A DNA stretch of 64,000 nucleotides from Planctomycetaceae bacterium (GTDB taxonomy: Bacteria; Planctomycetota; Planctomycetia; Planctomycetales; Planctomycetaceae): positions 1 to 64,000 of the forward strand of contig JBGTSJ010000007.1 in NCBI GenBank assembly GCA_041940305.1, in the 5' to 3' direction. Positions 1 to 9,972 of this stretch are shown piece after piece. Position 1 is the first letter of the stretch. Every line of letters starts with the position of its first letter. The notes beneath the pieces were generated by a model that was given only the letters and a program-made list of their open reading frames with translations, made no database searches and was not told the DNA's origin. A program made the translations under genes and the position numbers.

Positions 1-806
1 TTCGCCATTAGCTTGTGGATGACCGCCACGACCGCTTCCGGGATGCGGTCGTTAATGCGCCGAGGGTCCGGTGGAGCGGATGAATGGTGCCGTTGCAGCT
101 TTTCCGTCACGCTGCCGTCGGGATACGGCGCCTGTCCGGTCAGCATCTGGTACCAGGTGCAGCCCAGCGAATACAGATCGCTCCGAATATCGGCCTTCTT
201 GCTGTCGCTGGCCTGTTCGGGCGACATGAAGTCCACCGTGCCGACCGTCATCCCGTCGCGGGTAATGCTGGTCTCGGTGGTCTCATCAAGGACCCGGGCG
301 AGCCCCATATCGGCCAGCTTCACCAGTCCGTCCTGACGGATCAGCAGGTTGGACGGCTTGATGTCGCGGTGAACGATGTTTCGCTCGTAGGCGTGCTGCA
401 GGGCCGCCGCCACCTGCTTGACGATCTCGATCGTCCGGCGGACCGGCAGCGTCCCGCGCTTGCGGACCAGCTCCTCGACGTTGAGTCCCTCCACGTACTC
501 CAGCGCCAGATACAGGTGTCCGTCGATCTGCCCGGAGTCGAACACTTTGACGATATGGTCGTGTTCCAGCTTCGCGGCCGATTGTCCCTCGCTGTTAAAG
601 CGCTTGACGAGCTGCTGGTTGGACGCCCGGTCCCGGGGGAGAACCTTCAGGGCGACTGTCCGATTCAGGCTGGTATCGAGCGCCAGATAGACGGTCCCCA
701 TCCCCCCCGCGCCGAGACGCCGCTGAATGACGTACTTGCCCAGTTGCTTGGGCTGCGATTCGGCCGGTGCGGTCGTCCCGGACTGGGCTTCTGCGTTCGT
801 CGCCAT
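1..806 (-). CDS. Hanks-type serine/threonine protein kinase, N-terminal catalytic domain; the 3' end runs off the window
   Basis: Reverse-strand translation from ATG at 806..804 gives MATNAEAQS...GKYVIQRRLGAGGMGTVYLA (Gly-rich loop)...IVHRDIKPSNLL (catalytic loop)...LADMGLA...GTVDFMSPEQ...DLYSLGCTWYQMLTG. It is absent from the ORF track because there is no stop inside the window. Confidence 0.85.
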   Translation of the reverse strand, partial: MATNAEAQSGTTAPAESQPKQLGKYVIQRRLGAGGMGTVYLALDTSLNRTVALKVLPRDRASNQQLVKRFNSEGQSAAKLEHDHIVKVFDSGQIDGHLYLALEYVEGLNVEELVRKRGTLPVRRTIEIVKQVAAALQHAYERNIVHRDIKPSNLLIRQDGLVKLADMGLARVLDETTETSITRDGMTVGTVDFMSPEQASDSKKADIRSDLYSLGCTWYQMLTGQAPYPDGSVTEKLQRHHSSAPPDPRRINDRIPEAVVAVIHKLMA

Positions 807-952
807 CAGCACCTCTGGCGCCGCGCGCGACGTGACGGATCGTCAACCGCGCTCGCGGACAAGACGGGGAAAGCGTACCCCGTACTATACCCCGTTTTAG
901 GGCATCCGGTCAAAGAGAGGTTTGAAGACGCGCCGTGAGACCGTGAGGTGAT

Positions 953-1318
953 TCAGCCTTCCGGCCGTTTCGGCACGTTCGCAGCCCAGGGCATCTGCTT
1001 TGCCAGTTTCTCCTCGGCCCCGGTTTCCAGAGCCTTCAGCACCTCTTGCACCGTGCGGTGGAAGCGAATCTCGCGCTCCAGTCGCTTGATCGTCTCGGGG
1101 GTGACGTTGTTCGAACCGCGGCCCGCGCCGCCATCGACGAACCCGCCCTTCTGGTCGAACACCGCCCAATAGATCGTCCGTGGATGCCCTTTGGCGCCAT
1201 CACGGGCCTTCTCGGCCGCCCCTCCTTTCACGCGCTGGCCGTTGATCTGGAACAGGTCCGGCCGTTCGAAGATCACGGCGACGACGTTCCAGTCCTTGCG
1301 GCTGAACAATCCCATGCA
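953..1318 (-). CDS. Hypothetical small protein of about 121 aa; the internal ATG at 1318 is preferred over the 1585 ORF start
   Basis: ORF 953..1585(-). The N-terminal 89 aa are an Arg/Pro-rich low-complexity stretch typical of GC-frame read-through. The downstream part, MGLFSRKDWNVVAVIFERPDLFQINGQRV...TPETIKRLEREIRFHRTVQEVLKALETG, looks protein-like. No family was recognised. Confidence 0.35.
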   Translation of the reverse strand, partial: CMGLFSRKDWNVVAVIFERPDLFQINGQRVKGGAAEKARDGAKGHPRTIYWAVFDQKGGFVDGGAGRGSNNVTPETIKRLEREIRFHRTVQEVLKALETGAEEKLAKQMPWAANVPKRPEG

Positions 1319-1518
1319 TCGACCTAAGATTGGGTCACAGAAGGGAAGGGAGAATTGGACAGCAGGTGATAAAGGAAACAAAGACAGACTCTGCGGGGGG
1401 CGAACTCCGAGGAGAGGCCTTTTCCCATCTTTCGATGGGGGCGTCGTCCGCCTCAATGCTGATCTTCGTTGCCTTCGCGACCTTCTGTAATTCCCGTGCG
1501 CATCTGTGTTGACGGCTT

Positions 1519-3444
1519 TTACTCCCCGCGACCCTGACCGGCGCCGCGGACCTGACCCGGCTGATAATAGTCGCCCGCCATCCACCGCACCACCATGTCC
1601 ATTTCGTGTTCGGTCAACTGCGTCCCGAACGCCGGCATGGCATTGCGCTCACCGTAGAACTCCGCCGGATCTGCAACAAACGCCCGCAGCCAGTTCACGC
1701 CTCCGTAGCCGGTCAGGGGCACATTGCCTCCGTAATCGAAGGCCATCTCGGCCTCCCCCCGCACATGTAGATCATGACAGTCGGCACACGCGCTAAACAT
1801 TTCTCCCTTGGTCAACGTCTCGTCGCCGGCAAACAGCGCTCGGCCGCGCTGGACCGTCTCGTGGTCCGGGGGCAGCGCGTCGGCGCGGCCGCTCTGGGCG
1901 TAGAGGAACTCTGTCAGCGCTTGGAAATCCTCCGCGTTCGCCGGGTCCTGCAAGGCGGCTGCACTTTCCGCCGACCACTCCGCCATCATTCCGGACAGCA
2001 CCTCGGTCGCGGCCTCGCGCGCTTGCGGATTCGCGTTCTCGTCGTTGGCGATGTTCTCCAGAGGAGCGAAATGCGTCTTGAAATCCAGCAGGACCGACTG
2101 AATCCACTCGCGGCTGCCGAACGTCACCTTGTCGCGCTGAACGAGGTCGGCCAGTTCCGGACCGCGCGGCTCCATCGCAAACTCCCCCTTCATCGATGCC
2201 GGCTGGTGGCAGTCGGCGCAGTACCGGCGAAACACGCGCGGCCCCTGTGTGAGCGGATCGTTCTTGAGCAGCTCGATCGCTCCCTGCGGAGGCACGCCGC
2301 TGGGGGACTGCGCCAGCTCAATGGCCCGCTCGCCGTCGATGTGCGCTTCCGTCACGGCGGCCCGGAACGCCCGGCCTTCTTCACTGTCGGCGAACCAGTC
2401 CTCGTAGATGGCCAGTCCCGTCAGGCCCCCCGCTCCCAGCAACATTAGAGACAAAAAGACGATGTTGAACGTGTGCCCCCCCTTGATCTTCGCCGTCAGC
2501 GGCATCAGCACCAGGATGCCCATCAGCGCTCCCGGGATCACCACGGCTCCGAACGCCTCTCCCAATCCCGTCACTTCCCCCGCGTGCGAGACCCACTCGA
2601 ATTTGAGGAATCGGAACAGGAACAGGTAATACCACTCCGGCCGCGCCGCCTCGTACTGCTCGGCGGCGTTGGCGGGGGCGGTGAGTTCGGCCCCCTTCCA
2701 GACGGCGAGGAACAGGACTGCTCCTAGCACCGCCAGACAGGCGATGCCGTCGCGGAGCACCTGGTCCGGCCAGAACGTGGAGTCCGGCGCCTTGAGCGGA
2801 TGCTTCACCGTGATGGCATGCCGACGAAACACATAAATATGCAGAAACAGGAACATCACCAGCAGCGCCGGCAGCACACCGGCGTGCAGCGCGAAGAACC
2901 GTGTCAGCGTGTGATGACCATACTCCGCGCCCCCCTGCGCCAGCTTCTGCACGGCCGGACCGACGACCGGCGTCGACCCCATGATCTCGGTCGCCACCTG
3001 CGTTGCGTAGTACCCCTTCTGGTCCCAGGGAAGCAGATAGCCGGTCAGCCCCAGACCCAGCACGATCTGCATCAACACCAGTCCCAGCCAGAAGTTCACC
3101 TCGCGCGGCGCCTTGTACGCACCGTCGATGACCACCTGGATCAGGTGGAACACGAGCAGGACCACCATGGCCTGCGCGGTGAAGTGATGGATCCCGCGGA
3201 TCAGCCATCCCAGGTGCATCTCATGCGACAGGTAATACACGCTCTCCCAGGCGGTCCGCGTGCTGGGGCTGTAGGCGAACCACAGCATGAAGCCCGTCAC
3301 CACCTGCACGAAGAACGTGAACACCAGCGTGCTGCCCCAGACGTAGCGCCACCGCGCGCCACCGGGGATCGGCTCGTCCAGTGCCTCTTTCATGAGGTCC
3401 CGGTAGCCGGTGCGATCATCGAGCCAGTTCAGAAGTCGTTTCAC
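1519..3444 (-). CDS. Cytochrome b (bc-complex type, qcrB/petB-like) fused to a C-terminal di-haem cytochrome c domain
   Basis: 641 aa. The N-terminal multi-TM cytochrome b core shows WGSTLVFTFFVQVVTGFMLWFAYSP...HHFTAQAMVVLLVFHL...GYLLPWDQKGYYATQV. The C-terminal domain carries two CxxCH haem-c motifs, CADCHQPASMKG and CADCHDLHVRG. Confidence 0.9.
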   Translation of the reverse strand: MKRLLNWLDDRTGYRDLMKEALDEPIPGGARWRYVWGSTLVFTFFVQVVTGFMLWFAYSPSTRTAWESVYYLSHEMHLGWLIRGIHHFTAQAMVVLLVFHLIQVVIDGAYKAPREVNFWLGLVLMQIVLGLGLTGYLLPWDQKGYYATQVATEIMGSTPVVGPAVQKLAQGGAEYGHHTLTRFFALHAGVLPALLVMFLFLHIYVFRRHAITVKHPLKAPDSTFWPDQVLRDGIACLAVLGAVLFLAVWKGAELTAPANAAEQYEAARPEWYYLFLFRFLKFEWVSHAGEVTGLGEAFGAVVIPGALMGILVLMPLTAKIKGGHTFNIVFLSLMLLGAGGLTGLAIYEDWFADSEEGRAFRAAVTEAHIDGERAIELAQSPSGVPPQGAIELLKNDPLTQGPRVFRRYCADCHQPASMKGEFAMEPRGPELADLVQRDKVTFGSREWIQSVLLDFKTHFAPLENIANDENANPQAREAATEVLSGMMAEWSAESAAALQDPANAEDFQALTEFLYAQSGRADALPPDHETVQRGRALFAGDETLTKGEMFSACADCHDLHVRGEAEMAFDYGGNVPLTGYGGVNWLRAFVADPAEFYGERNAMPAFGTQLTEHEMDMVVRWMAGDYYQPGQVRGAGQGRGE

Positions 3445-3488
3445 CGAGGCGCTCCCATGCGCAGACTGGAATCACTGCAGAGGAATCT

Positions 3489-3650
3489 GGAACAGGAGGA
3501 AACGGAGGGAACAGAGGAGTTAAAGTTGCTCAGGCCATTCGATGGGGCTGGATCACCGGCGACTGGCGGCGCAATTCAAGAAACCAGGCAGTAGCCAATC
3601 TGGTGAACCCACGGACGGAATCTTCTCCGTTTCCTCTGTTTCCTCCTGTC
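3489..3650. repeat. Family-4 element: a 30-bp inverted pair of the triple 9-mer motif GAACAGGAGGAAACGGAGGGAACAGAGGAG flanking about 100 bp, between the Rieske and cyt b genes
   Basis: Left arm 3489-3519 (GA-rich on the + strand). Right arm 3625-3650 (CTCCGTTTCCTCTGTTTCCTCCTGTC). On the minus-strand mRNA the CU-rich copy sits about 40 nt upstream of the cyt b AUG. Confidence 0.8.
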
Positions 3651-3666
3651 AGGCCCTTTCGTCACT

Positions 3667-4263
3667 TCAAATCGGCACTCGTTCCTGTATGCCCGCCCGG
3701 TACTTCTGGTACTTGACCCAGACCATGTCGTTCTCGTCCACCCTGCACTCCAGTGAGTCCATGTCGCGCGGCGGAACGTTGTTGGTGCGCTCGCCGGTCA
3801 GGCTGAACGCGCTCTCATGGCACGGACAAACAAACTGCTGCTTTTCCCCTTCGTACTTCACGGTGCACCCCAGGTGCGGGCAGCGCGAGTTGAAGCAACT
3901 GATCTCGTCCCCGTTCTGCTGCAGGTAGACCGATCCCACTTCAGCGTCCGGAAACTTGTTCCAGAAGTCCTGAACGTCGGCGATCACCTTGAACGAACGC
4001 GGCGACCCGTCCGCCGCCAGCGCGGCTTTAGGGGCAATCCGGATGTACCCGTCCGGATCGATCGCGTCTCCCGTCATGCCGACGGCCCGCTTCTTCCGGG
4101 TGAGCGGATCGAGGAAGAACATTACGGCCGCGCCCAGCGGCACGAATCCCACGGTCGAACCGACCACAAACGCCACCGCGCGGCTGAGGAAGCCGCGCCG
4201 CGGCAGCGTGCTGATCTCCTGCGACTCCGGAGCGGGAGGGCGCGGTTTGGATGAATCCTTCAT
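3667..4263 (-). CDS. Rieske [2Fe-2S] iron-sulfur subunit of the cytochrome bc-type complex
   Basis: The Rieske boxes CPHLGC...CPCHES are present with an N-terminal TM anchor. The internal ATG at 4263 (MKDSSKPRPP...) is preceded by AAGGGAG. The gene sits immediately upstream of the cyt b/c gene on the same strand, as an operon. Confidence 0.88.
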   Translation of the reverse strand: MKDSSKPRPPAPESQEISTLPRRGFLSRAVAFVVGSTVGFVPLGAAVMFFLDPLTRKKRAVGMTGDAIDPDGYIRIAPKAALAADGSPRSFKVIADVQDFWNKFPDAEVGSVYLQQNGDEISCFNSRCPHLGCTVKYEGEKQQFVCPCHESAFSLTGERTNNVPPRDMDSLECRVDENDMVWVKYQKYRAGIQERVPI

Positions 4264-4451
4264 AGGTGGACTCCCTTGCGGGTGATGGATCGCCTGCTGT
4301 GCCGACGCGCCAGGCTGCGGTGCCCGCAATAGCGGGTGGGCCAATGACCGTCGGCTTGGATCTCTGAGGCCGCCGCAGCCGTTCCGCGGGAGCGGAAACC
4401 GCCGGGCGATGGGGTGGGACGTTTCTCAGGAGGGATTGCCGGTCGCCGCAC

Positions 4452-5447
4452 TCAAACCGTTGTGGCGTCCAGCGACGTCTGCATGGCTTTGAGGACGCTC
4501 GACTGCGCGCTCGCCAGCGGTCCGGGCAAAGTTGCTCCGGCCGCCTGCTTGTGGCCCCCTCCGCCGAACTGCTCGGCGATGCGGGCCACGTTCACCGGGC
4601 CGCGGCTGCGGAAGCTGGCCTTGATCTGACCCGTCCGCTGCTCCACCAGGATGAACGCGCATTCCACCCCGTCGACGCGCAGACAATCGTTGACGAGGTC
4701 TTCCGTGTCCGTAGGATGAGCTCCGGTCTCACCGTAATCCTTCATCAGTACGAACGTGTGTCCTAGCCGTCCGCCAAACTCAAACTGAATCCGGCTCAAC
4801 ACCAGGGAATGCAGCTTCAGCCGGGCGGCCGACGAGCGCTCGTACAACTCTCGATATAGTACGTTTGGCCGCGCACCACCGTCAATCAGCCGCGCTGCAG
4901 TCCGCAGTGTGCGGCTGTCAGTATTCGAGAACCGGAACCAGCCGGTGTCCGTTGCGATGGCGCAGAACAGGGCGTCAGCCGCGTGTCCCGTCGGCTGAAC
5001 TCCGAGGAACTCCGCCAGCTCCGTAATCAGCACACCGGTCGCCGAGGCGGAGACGTCCTTGAATTCGGTGGCTCCCAGGTCGTCGCCGCTCACGTGGTGA
5101 TCGATCACCACCTTCCGGGCGGCGGTCTGCTTGAGGACCTGATCGACATCGGGAAGCTGCTGCCAGGCGCTGGTGTCCACCACGACGTGCACGTCCACAT
5201 CCAGCGCCTCTTCGACGCTGATGCCGTCCTTCAGCTTGCGGACGCGCCCTTCCGGATCAAGAAACTCGATATGCTTCGCGGCTGCCGACGGATTGGCGAT
5301 CCGTACCGACTTGCCGAGCGATTCGAGTACCGACAGCAGTCCCAGTTCGGAGCCGATCGCATCCGCATCGGGCCGCACATGGCTGGAGATCAGGAACCGC
5401 TCTCCGGCGTCGATGATCTTGCGGAGCGGCGTCCAGTCGAGCGGCAT
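4452..5447 (-). CDS. nrnA: DHH/DHHA1 phosphoesterase, NrnA-like oligoribonuclease / pAp phosphatase
   Basis: DHH motifs are present: SHVRPDADAIGS, VVDTS and VIDHHVSGDD. The DHHA1 GGGH motif (EQFGGGGHKQAAGA) is also present. The ATG at 5447 is preferred; GTG 5471 is the alternative. Confidence 0.82.
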   Translation of the reverse strand: MPLDWTPLRKIIDAGERFLISSHVRPDADAIGSELGLLSVLESLGKSVRIANPSAAAKHIEFLDPEGRVRKLKDGISVEEALDVDVHVVVDTSAWQQLPDVDQVLKQTAARKVVIDHHVSGDDLGATEFKDVSASATGVLITELAEFLGVQPTGHAADALFCAIATDTGWFRFSNTDSRTLRTAARLIDGGARPNVLYRELYERSSAARLKLHSLVLSRIQFEFGGRLGHTFVLMKDYGETGAHPTDTEDLVNDCLRVDGVECAFILVEQRTGQIKASFRSRGPVNVARIAEQFGGGGHKQAAGATLPGPLASAQSSVLKAMQTSLDATTV

Positions 5448-5739
5448 GATTTCTCCGTTTCCGGTTTGCACGATTCTCCGGCGAGCCTCGCAGACTTCGC
5501 CGATGGATTGCGTTGCAGCATACCGGACCGGCCGGCGTCTGTCTCTGTTCGCCGGGCGGCTGTGCGGTCAACTGAGGCGTGGACCGGCCGCGCACTGCCT
5601 GCGCAGCTGCAAGTCGGTGCGACCTCGACCTCGCCAACCGCGAGTTGTCGGCAGTCGTGTCGTTCCTCCAATGAGCCTCAGCGTCCGGGGCCGGCCCCAT
5701 CGAGGATTCGCCGCGGGGGAGGATCGACCGGTTCAGCAC

Positions 5740-6687
5740 TCAGGCCGACAGTTCATCGCGCGCCCGCTCCAGCATCGTTTTCGTGCGACGGATGCCCTCG
5801 TACTCGTCGAGCTGGCCACCCTCGTACTCGATGCCGACGTAGCCGCGATACCCGGCATCCACCACGATCTTCATCATCTTGAGGTAGTCGATCTCGCGTT
5901 CTCCGGCGGTCGTGACGAGCGGACGGTCCTCGGGGAAGTCGTACGATTTCGCGCTCACGGCCTGGGCGAACGGCATGAGTTCCTCGACGCCTTTGTAGAC
6001 GTCGTACCACTCGCCGTTGCCGAGGTTGAAGTTGCCAAAGTCGGGGAGCGTGCCGCAGTGCGGGTGATCGACACGGCGCATCACGGACGCCAGCCATTCG
6101 CCGTTGGAAGAGAGGCCGCCGTGGTTCTCGACGATGACGTTGAGCTGATGGTCTTCGGCGAAGAGCGTGAGAGCGTGGAGTCCGTCGGCGGCGAGAGCGA
6201 GCTGCTCCTCGTACGTGCCACTGCTGGCCGCGTTGACGCGGATGGAGTGGCAGTTGAGGAAGGCGGCGGCTTCGACCCACTTCTTATGGTTGTCCACGGC
6301 CTCGCGACGCTTGGCCTCGTCGGGATCGCCAAGATGTCCCTCGCCGTCGCACATGATCAGCAGGCTGCGGACGCCGTGGTCCTCGCAGCGCTGCTTCATG
6401 TCCGCCAGGTACCCCTGGTCCTTCGCCTTGTCCTTGAAGAACTGGTTGACGTACTCGACCGCATCGATCCCGAATTCCTCCTTCGCCGTCTTCGCGAAGT
6501 CGAGGTGGTCCAGCTTGCCGCCGAAGATCTCCTTGTTGAGCGACCATTCCGCGAGAGAGATCATGTACAGCGGGTCTTTGTCCGCGGCGCGGGCGGAAAG
6601 ACCTGCGGCGGACAGGGATGCGGCGCCGGCGAGCGCGGCGGATGTCTGCAGGAAGTCGCGACGGTTGTATTGGGCGGGCATGGACAC
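5740..6687 (-). CDS. Sugar phosphate isomerase/epimerase (xylose-isomerase-like TIM barrel) with a Tat signal peptide
   Basis: The N-terminus RRDFLQTSAALAGAASLSAAGLSA is a twin-arginine signal. The body is a TIM-barrel AP-endonuclease-2 / xylose-isomerase-like fold (...IRVNAASSGTYEEQLALAADGLHALTLFAEDHQLNVIVENHGG...). Confidence 0.8.
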   Translation of the reverse strand: MSMPAQYNRRDFLQTSAALAGAASLSAAGLSARAADKDPLYMISLAEWSLNKEIFGGKLDHLDFAKTAKEEFGIDAVEYVNQFFKDKAKDQGYLADMKQRCEDHGVRSLLIMCDGEGHLGDPDEAKRREAVDNHKKWVEAAAFLNCHSIRVNAASSGTYEEQLALAADGLHALTLFAEDHQLNVIVENHGGLSSNGEWLASVMRRVDHPHCGTLPDFGNFNLGNGEWYDVYKGVEELMPFAQAVSAKSYDFPEDRPLVTTAGEREIDYLKMMKIVVDAGYRGYVGIEYEGGQLDEYEGIRRTKTMLERARDELSA

Positions 6688-6779
6688 GATCCTGTGGGGT
6701 GGCTCGGTGCGGTTGTGAGGATTCCAACATCATCGAGAACCAGCGGCAAGTCAATCGCATACTGCTCGGCGAAAGGGTT

Positions 6780-6929
6780 GAACAGGAGGAAACAGAGGCA
6801 ACGGAGATTCGTTGAGTGGGAAGCCGGCGGCGAATCCACCGCTGCATGAAGAGATAGTGCAAGCGACCAACCATTCGGCCTTGACGCGACAGACCCTCCT
6901 CCTCTGTTCCCTCCGTTTGCTCCTGTTCC
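6780..6929. repeat. Family-4 element: inverted pair of the same motif in the divergent isomerase/yqiJ intergenic region
   Basis: GAACAGGAGGAAACAGAGGCAACGGAG at 6780-6806 and CCTCCTCCTCTGTTCCCTCCGTTTGCTCCTGTTCC at 6895-6929. Each divergent transcript would carry the CU-rich version in its leader. Confidence 0.8.
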
Positions 6930-7105
6930 ACTTCCCCCAACCGCAAAATCGGCACGGACCTTCGAATAGTTCTCACCCGCAAACTTGCGTCCGCGGGTCG
7001 ATTTTTGTGATCCGATCGGACCGGGTTGCGTTTCCCCGGCGGACTGCCCGGAGGCGTGTTGCATATTGTCAACAGACCCAGGAGGGGGCGAAAGCGAGGC
7101 GGGCG

Positions 7106-7723
7106 ATGATGGATATTCTTCAGCAGTGGTTCTCGTGGCCGACACTGCCGTTCTCAGTGTTGTTGACGGCGGTAGTTGGCTACTGGCTGATGGTGATTGT
7201 CGGCGCGTTTGACCTCGACTTTCTGGACTTCGACCTGGACGTCGAACCCGGCCTGGACGGCCACGAATCGGTGTTTGACTGGGGCCTGGTCGGCCTCAGG
7301 TGGTTCAACCTCGGCGATGTGCCGTTGATGGTGTGGGTCAGCGCGTTCGCACTGCCGGCGTGGCTGGCATCGACCGCATTCGACAAGCGACTGGCGGACC
7401 CGACAACGCAGGAGATCATCGTCGCGGTGCTGCGGGACATCGGCATCGGCCTGGTGGCGGCGAAAGTCATCACCACGCCGCTGAAAGGCAAACTCAAACT
7501 GGTCGAGCCGAACCTCGTGGAAGACATGATCGGCCGGTCCTGCGTGATAACCAGCCTGCAGGCGACGCCTGACTTCGGACAGGCCCAATGTCAGGCCGAG
7601 GGAGCACCGTTAATGCTCAACGTCCGGGCGGTCGAGGGAGCGATCCCCAAAGGAGAACGAGCCGAAATCGTCGACTACTCCGCCGAACAGCGGGTGTACT
7701 TCGTACGCAGCCAGTCGGTTTAG
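7106..7723 (+). CDS. YqiJ-like inner-membrane protein with a C-terminal NfeD-type OB-fold (DUF1449-like)
   Basis: About 206 aa. It has N-terminal TM helices with an acidic loop (DLDFLDFDLDVEPGLDGHE) and a C-terminal beta-rich segment, GRSCVITSLQATPDFGQAQCQAEGAPLMLNVRAVEGAIPKGERAEIVD. The ATG at 7106 is preceded by GGAGGGGG. A flotillin gene follows immediately, matching the yqiJ-yqiK arrangement. Confidence 0.62.
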   Translation: MMDILQQWFSWPTLPFSVLLTAVVGYWLMVIVGAFDLDFLDFDLDVEPGLDGHESVFDWGLVGLRWFNLGDVPLMVWVSAFALPAWLASTAFDKRLADPTTQEIIVAVLRDIGIGLVAAKVITTPLKGKLKLVEPNLVEDMIGRSCVITSLQATPDFGQAQCQAEGAPLMLNVRAVEGAIPKGERAEIVDYSAEQRVYFVRSQSV

Positions 7724-7744
7724 AACCCATCACTGAAAAAGAGA

Positions 7745-7825
7745 GGCCACGGATGACGCGGATTGGACGGATTCACGCAGATCAGATCCGCGTAAATCCG
7801 TCCAATCCGCGTCATCTGCGGCCCC
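7745..7825. repeat. Family-1 palindromic element, copy A, 81 bp
   Basis: GGCCACGGATGACGCGGATTGGACGGATT-CACGCAGATCAGATCCGCGTA-AATCCGTCCAATCCGCGTCATCTGCGGCCCC, a near-perfect hairpin about 30 bp long between yqiJ-like and flotillin. Confidence 0.9.
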
Positions 7826-7879
7826 TTTGAAACGAATCAGCCAATCCCATCTCACGAGTTCTGACTCGGGCTTGAAACC

Positions 7880-9964
7880 ATGGAATACATCGTCGGCGGT
7901 ATCATCGGTCTGTTCATCCTCTTCGGCCTGCTGATCCTGATCTCGCGGTTCTACCGCAAGGTCGGCCCGGAAGAGGCGCTGATCATTACCGGCGTCGGCG
8001 GACTGCGGGTCGCCACCGGGCGCGGGACGATCGTGATTCCGATCGCTCACCGCGCGGAGCAGATGGACCTGTCGGTCAAGCGGATCGAGATCGCCCGCCG
8101 CGGCGAGTCGGGACTGATCTGCCGCGACAACATCCGGGCCGATATCGAGGTCGCGTTCTTCGTCCGCGTGAACAACACGCGCGAGGACATTCTGCAGGTG
8201 GCTCAGTCACTGGGCTGCCGTCGGGCGAGCGAGCACCAGGCACTGGTCGAACTGTTCGACGCCAAGTTCTCCGAGGCCCTGAAGACCGTCGGCAAGCACT
8301 TCGATTTCGTCGACCTCTACACTGAGCGGGACAAGTTCAAGGACGAGATTCTCAAGCACATCGGGACAGACCTCAACGGCTACATTCTCGACGACTGCGC
8401 GATCGACTACCTCGAGCAGACGCCAGTCGAGAAGCTGAGCGCGAACAACATCCTCGACGCCGAGGGTATCAAGAAGATCACCGAGTTGACGGCCCGAGAG
8501 CACGTCCGCTCGAACGAGATCACGCGCGAAAAAGAGAAGACGATCAAGAAGCAGGACGTCGAGGCGCAGGAAGCGATCCTGGAGCTGGAGAAGCAGCGCG
8601 TCGAGGCGGTCGAGAAGCAGAAGCGGGAGATCGCGGAGATCACGGCCCGCCAGCACGCCGAGGCGGCCAAGGTGCAGCAGGAAGAGCGGCTCAAGTCGGA
8701 ACGGGCCCGCATCACGACCGAGGAAGAGGTGGAGGTCGCGACGCAGAACAAGGACCGCCAGGTCATTGTTGCACAGCGAAACAAGGAACGCACCGACGCC
8801 GTCGAGCGCGAACGCGTGGAGAAGGACCGGCAGCTCGAAGTGACCGAGCGCGAGCGGATCGTCGGCCTCGCCCAGATCGACAAGGAAAAGGCGATCGAAG
8901 TCGAGAAGCGGAACATCCAGGAGGTGATCCGCGAACGGGTGACCGTCGAACGGACGGTGGTCGAAGAACAGCAGAAGATCAAGGACACCGAGGAGTTCGC
9001 CACGGCGGACCGCGAGAAGCAGGTCAAGATCACGCTCGCCGAGATGGCGGCCCAGGAGTCGTTGGTCAAAGAGATCAAGGCAGCCGAGGCGGCCAAGCAG
9101 TCGGCCGAATTCGTGGCTCAGCAGATGGTGATCGAAGCCGAGGCGGAGCGGCAGGCGGCCGAGAAGCAGACTGCGGCCAAGAAAATGCTGGCCGAGGCTG
9201 TGCAGGCCGAGACCGCCGCCACCGGACTCGCCGAAGCGCAGGTGATCCTCGCAAAGGCCGATGCCACCGAGAAGCAGGGAACGGCCGAAGCGGTCGTCAT
9301 CCAGAAGAAGCTGGTTGCCGAAGCCGAAGGTCATAAGGCGAAGGCGGACGCCGTCCAGAAGCTGGGCCTGGCGGAAGCCGACGTCATGCACCAGAAGTTC
9401 TCCGCCGAAGCCCGCGGCATCGAGGAGAAGGCCGAAGCGATGAAGCTGTTCGACGGCGTGGGCCGCGAGCACGAAGAGTTCAAGCTGCGGCTGAACAAGG
9501 ACAAGGACATCGAGATTGCCGCGATCTCCGCGCAGGAAGAGATCGCCAAGAGCCAGGCGGACATCGTCGGCAAGGCGCTGCAGACGGCCCGCATCGACAT
9601 CGTCGGCGGCGAGACGGAGTTCTTCGACAAGATTGTCGACTCGGTCAAAGCCGGCAAGGCGGTCGACCGCTGGGTCTACAACAGCGACGTGTTGAGCGAC
9701 GTGAAGAACACGTTCTTCAACGGCGAGTCGAACGGCGACTTCCGCTCGAGCCTCAGAAAGTTCACGGACCACTTCGGGATGAGCTTCGAGGACGTGAAAG
9801 ACATGACCGTCACGGCCCTGCTGGCGAAGTTCATGCTGCAGGCCGACGACGACGCGACGACCAGCGCACTCAAACGACTGCAGCGCGTGGTGCAGTCAGC
9901 GGGAGTCAGCGACAAGAAGGTGGCGTCCCTGGGAATCGGGGCGGCGGAGCAGTCGCATGCTTGA
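7880..9964 (+). CDS. Flotillin / SPFH (band-7) family protein, YqiK-like
   Basis: 694 aa. N-terminal TM anchor MEYIVGGIIGLFILFGLLILISRFYRKVGPEEALIITG. An SPFH domain and a long E/A/K/Q-rich coiled-coil flotillin repeat region follow. Confidence 0.9.
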   Translation: MEYIVGGIIGLFILFGLLILISRFYRKVGPEEALIITGVGGLRVATGRGTIVIPIAHRAEQMDLSVKRIEIARRGESGLICRDNIRADIEVAFFVRVNNTREDILQVAQSLGCRRASEHQALVELFDAKFSEALKTVGKHFDFVDLYTERDKFKDEILKHIGTDLNGYILDDCAIDYLEQTPVEKLSANNILDAEGIKKITELTAREHVRSNEITREKEKTIKKQDVEAQEAILELEKQRVEAVEKQKREIAEITARQHAEAAKVQQEERLKSERARITTEEEVEVATQNKDRQVIVAQRNKERTDAVERERVEKDRQLEVTERERIVGLAQIDKEKAIEVEKRNIQEVIRERVTVERTVVEEQQKIKDTEEFATADREKQVKITLAEMAAQESLVKEIKAAEAAKQSAEFVAQQMVIEAEAERQAAEKQTAAKKMLAEAVQAETAATGLAEAQVILAKADATEKQGTAEAVVIQKKLVAEAEGHKAKADAVQKLGLAEADVMHQKFSAEARGIEEKAEAMKLFDGVGREHEEFKLRLNKDKDIEIAAISAQEEIAKSQADIVGKALQTARIDIVGGETEFFDKIVDSVKAGKAVDRWVYNSDVLSDVKNTFFNGESNGDFRSSLRKFTDHFGMSFEDVKDMTVTALLAKFMLQADDDATTSALKRLQRVVQSAGVSDKKVASLGIGAAEQSHA

Positions 9965-9972
9965 TCGAAAGA

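Noticed and set aside
84-938. 284-aa plus-strand ORF at the window start
   Set aside because: It is antisense to the clearly recognisable Ser/Thr kinase on the minus strand, which is missing from the ORF track only because it has no in-window stop.
953-1318. Small minus-strand protein as an IS200/RAYT-like transposase that might mobilise the palindromes
   Set aside because: No HUH or catalytic-Tyr motifs are present. It is kept only as a hypothetical protein.
8207-9772. Long antisense ORFs: 8207..9772(-), 5173..6849(+), 10367..12190(-), 13184..14221(-), 14246..15532(-), 24856..26418(+), 31758..34046(+), 38817..40004(+), 45562..47007(-), 54983..55909(-), 60201..61139(-), among others
   Set aside because: They lie opposite well-supported genes and are Arg/Pro/Leu/Gly-rich, low-complexity translations typical of stop-poor frames in 65-70% GC DNA. 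None contains a recognisable motif.
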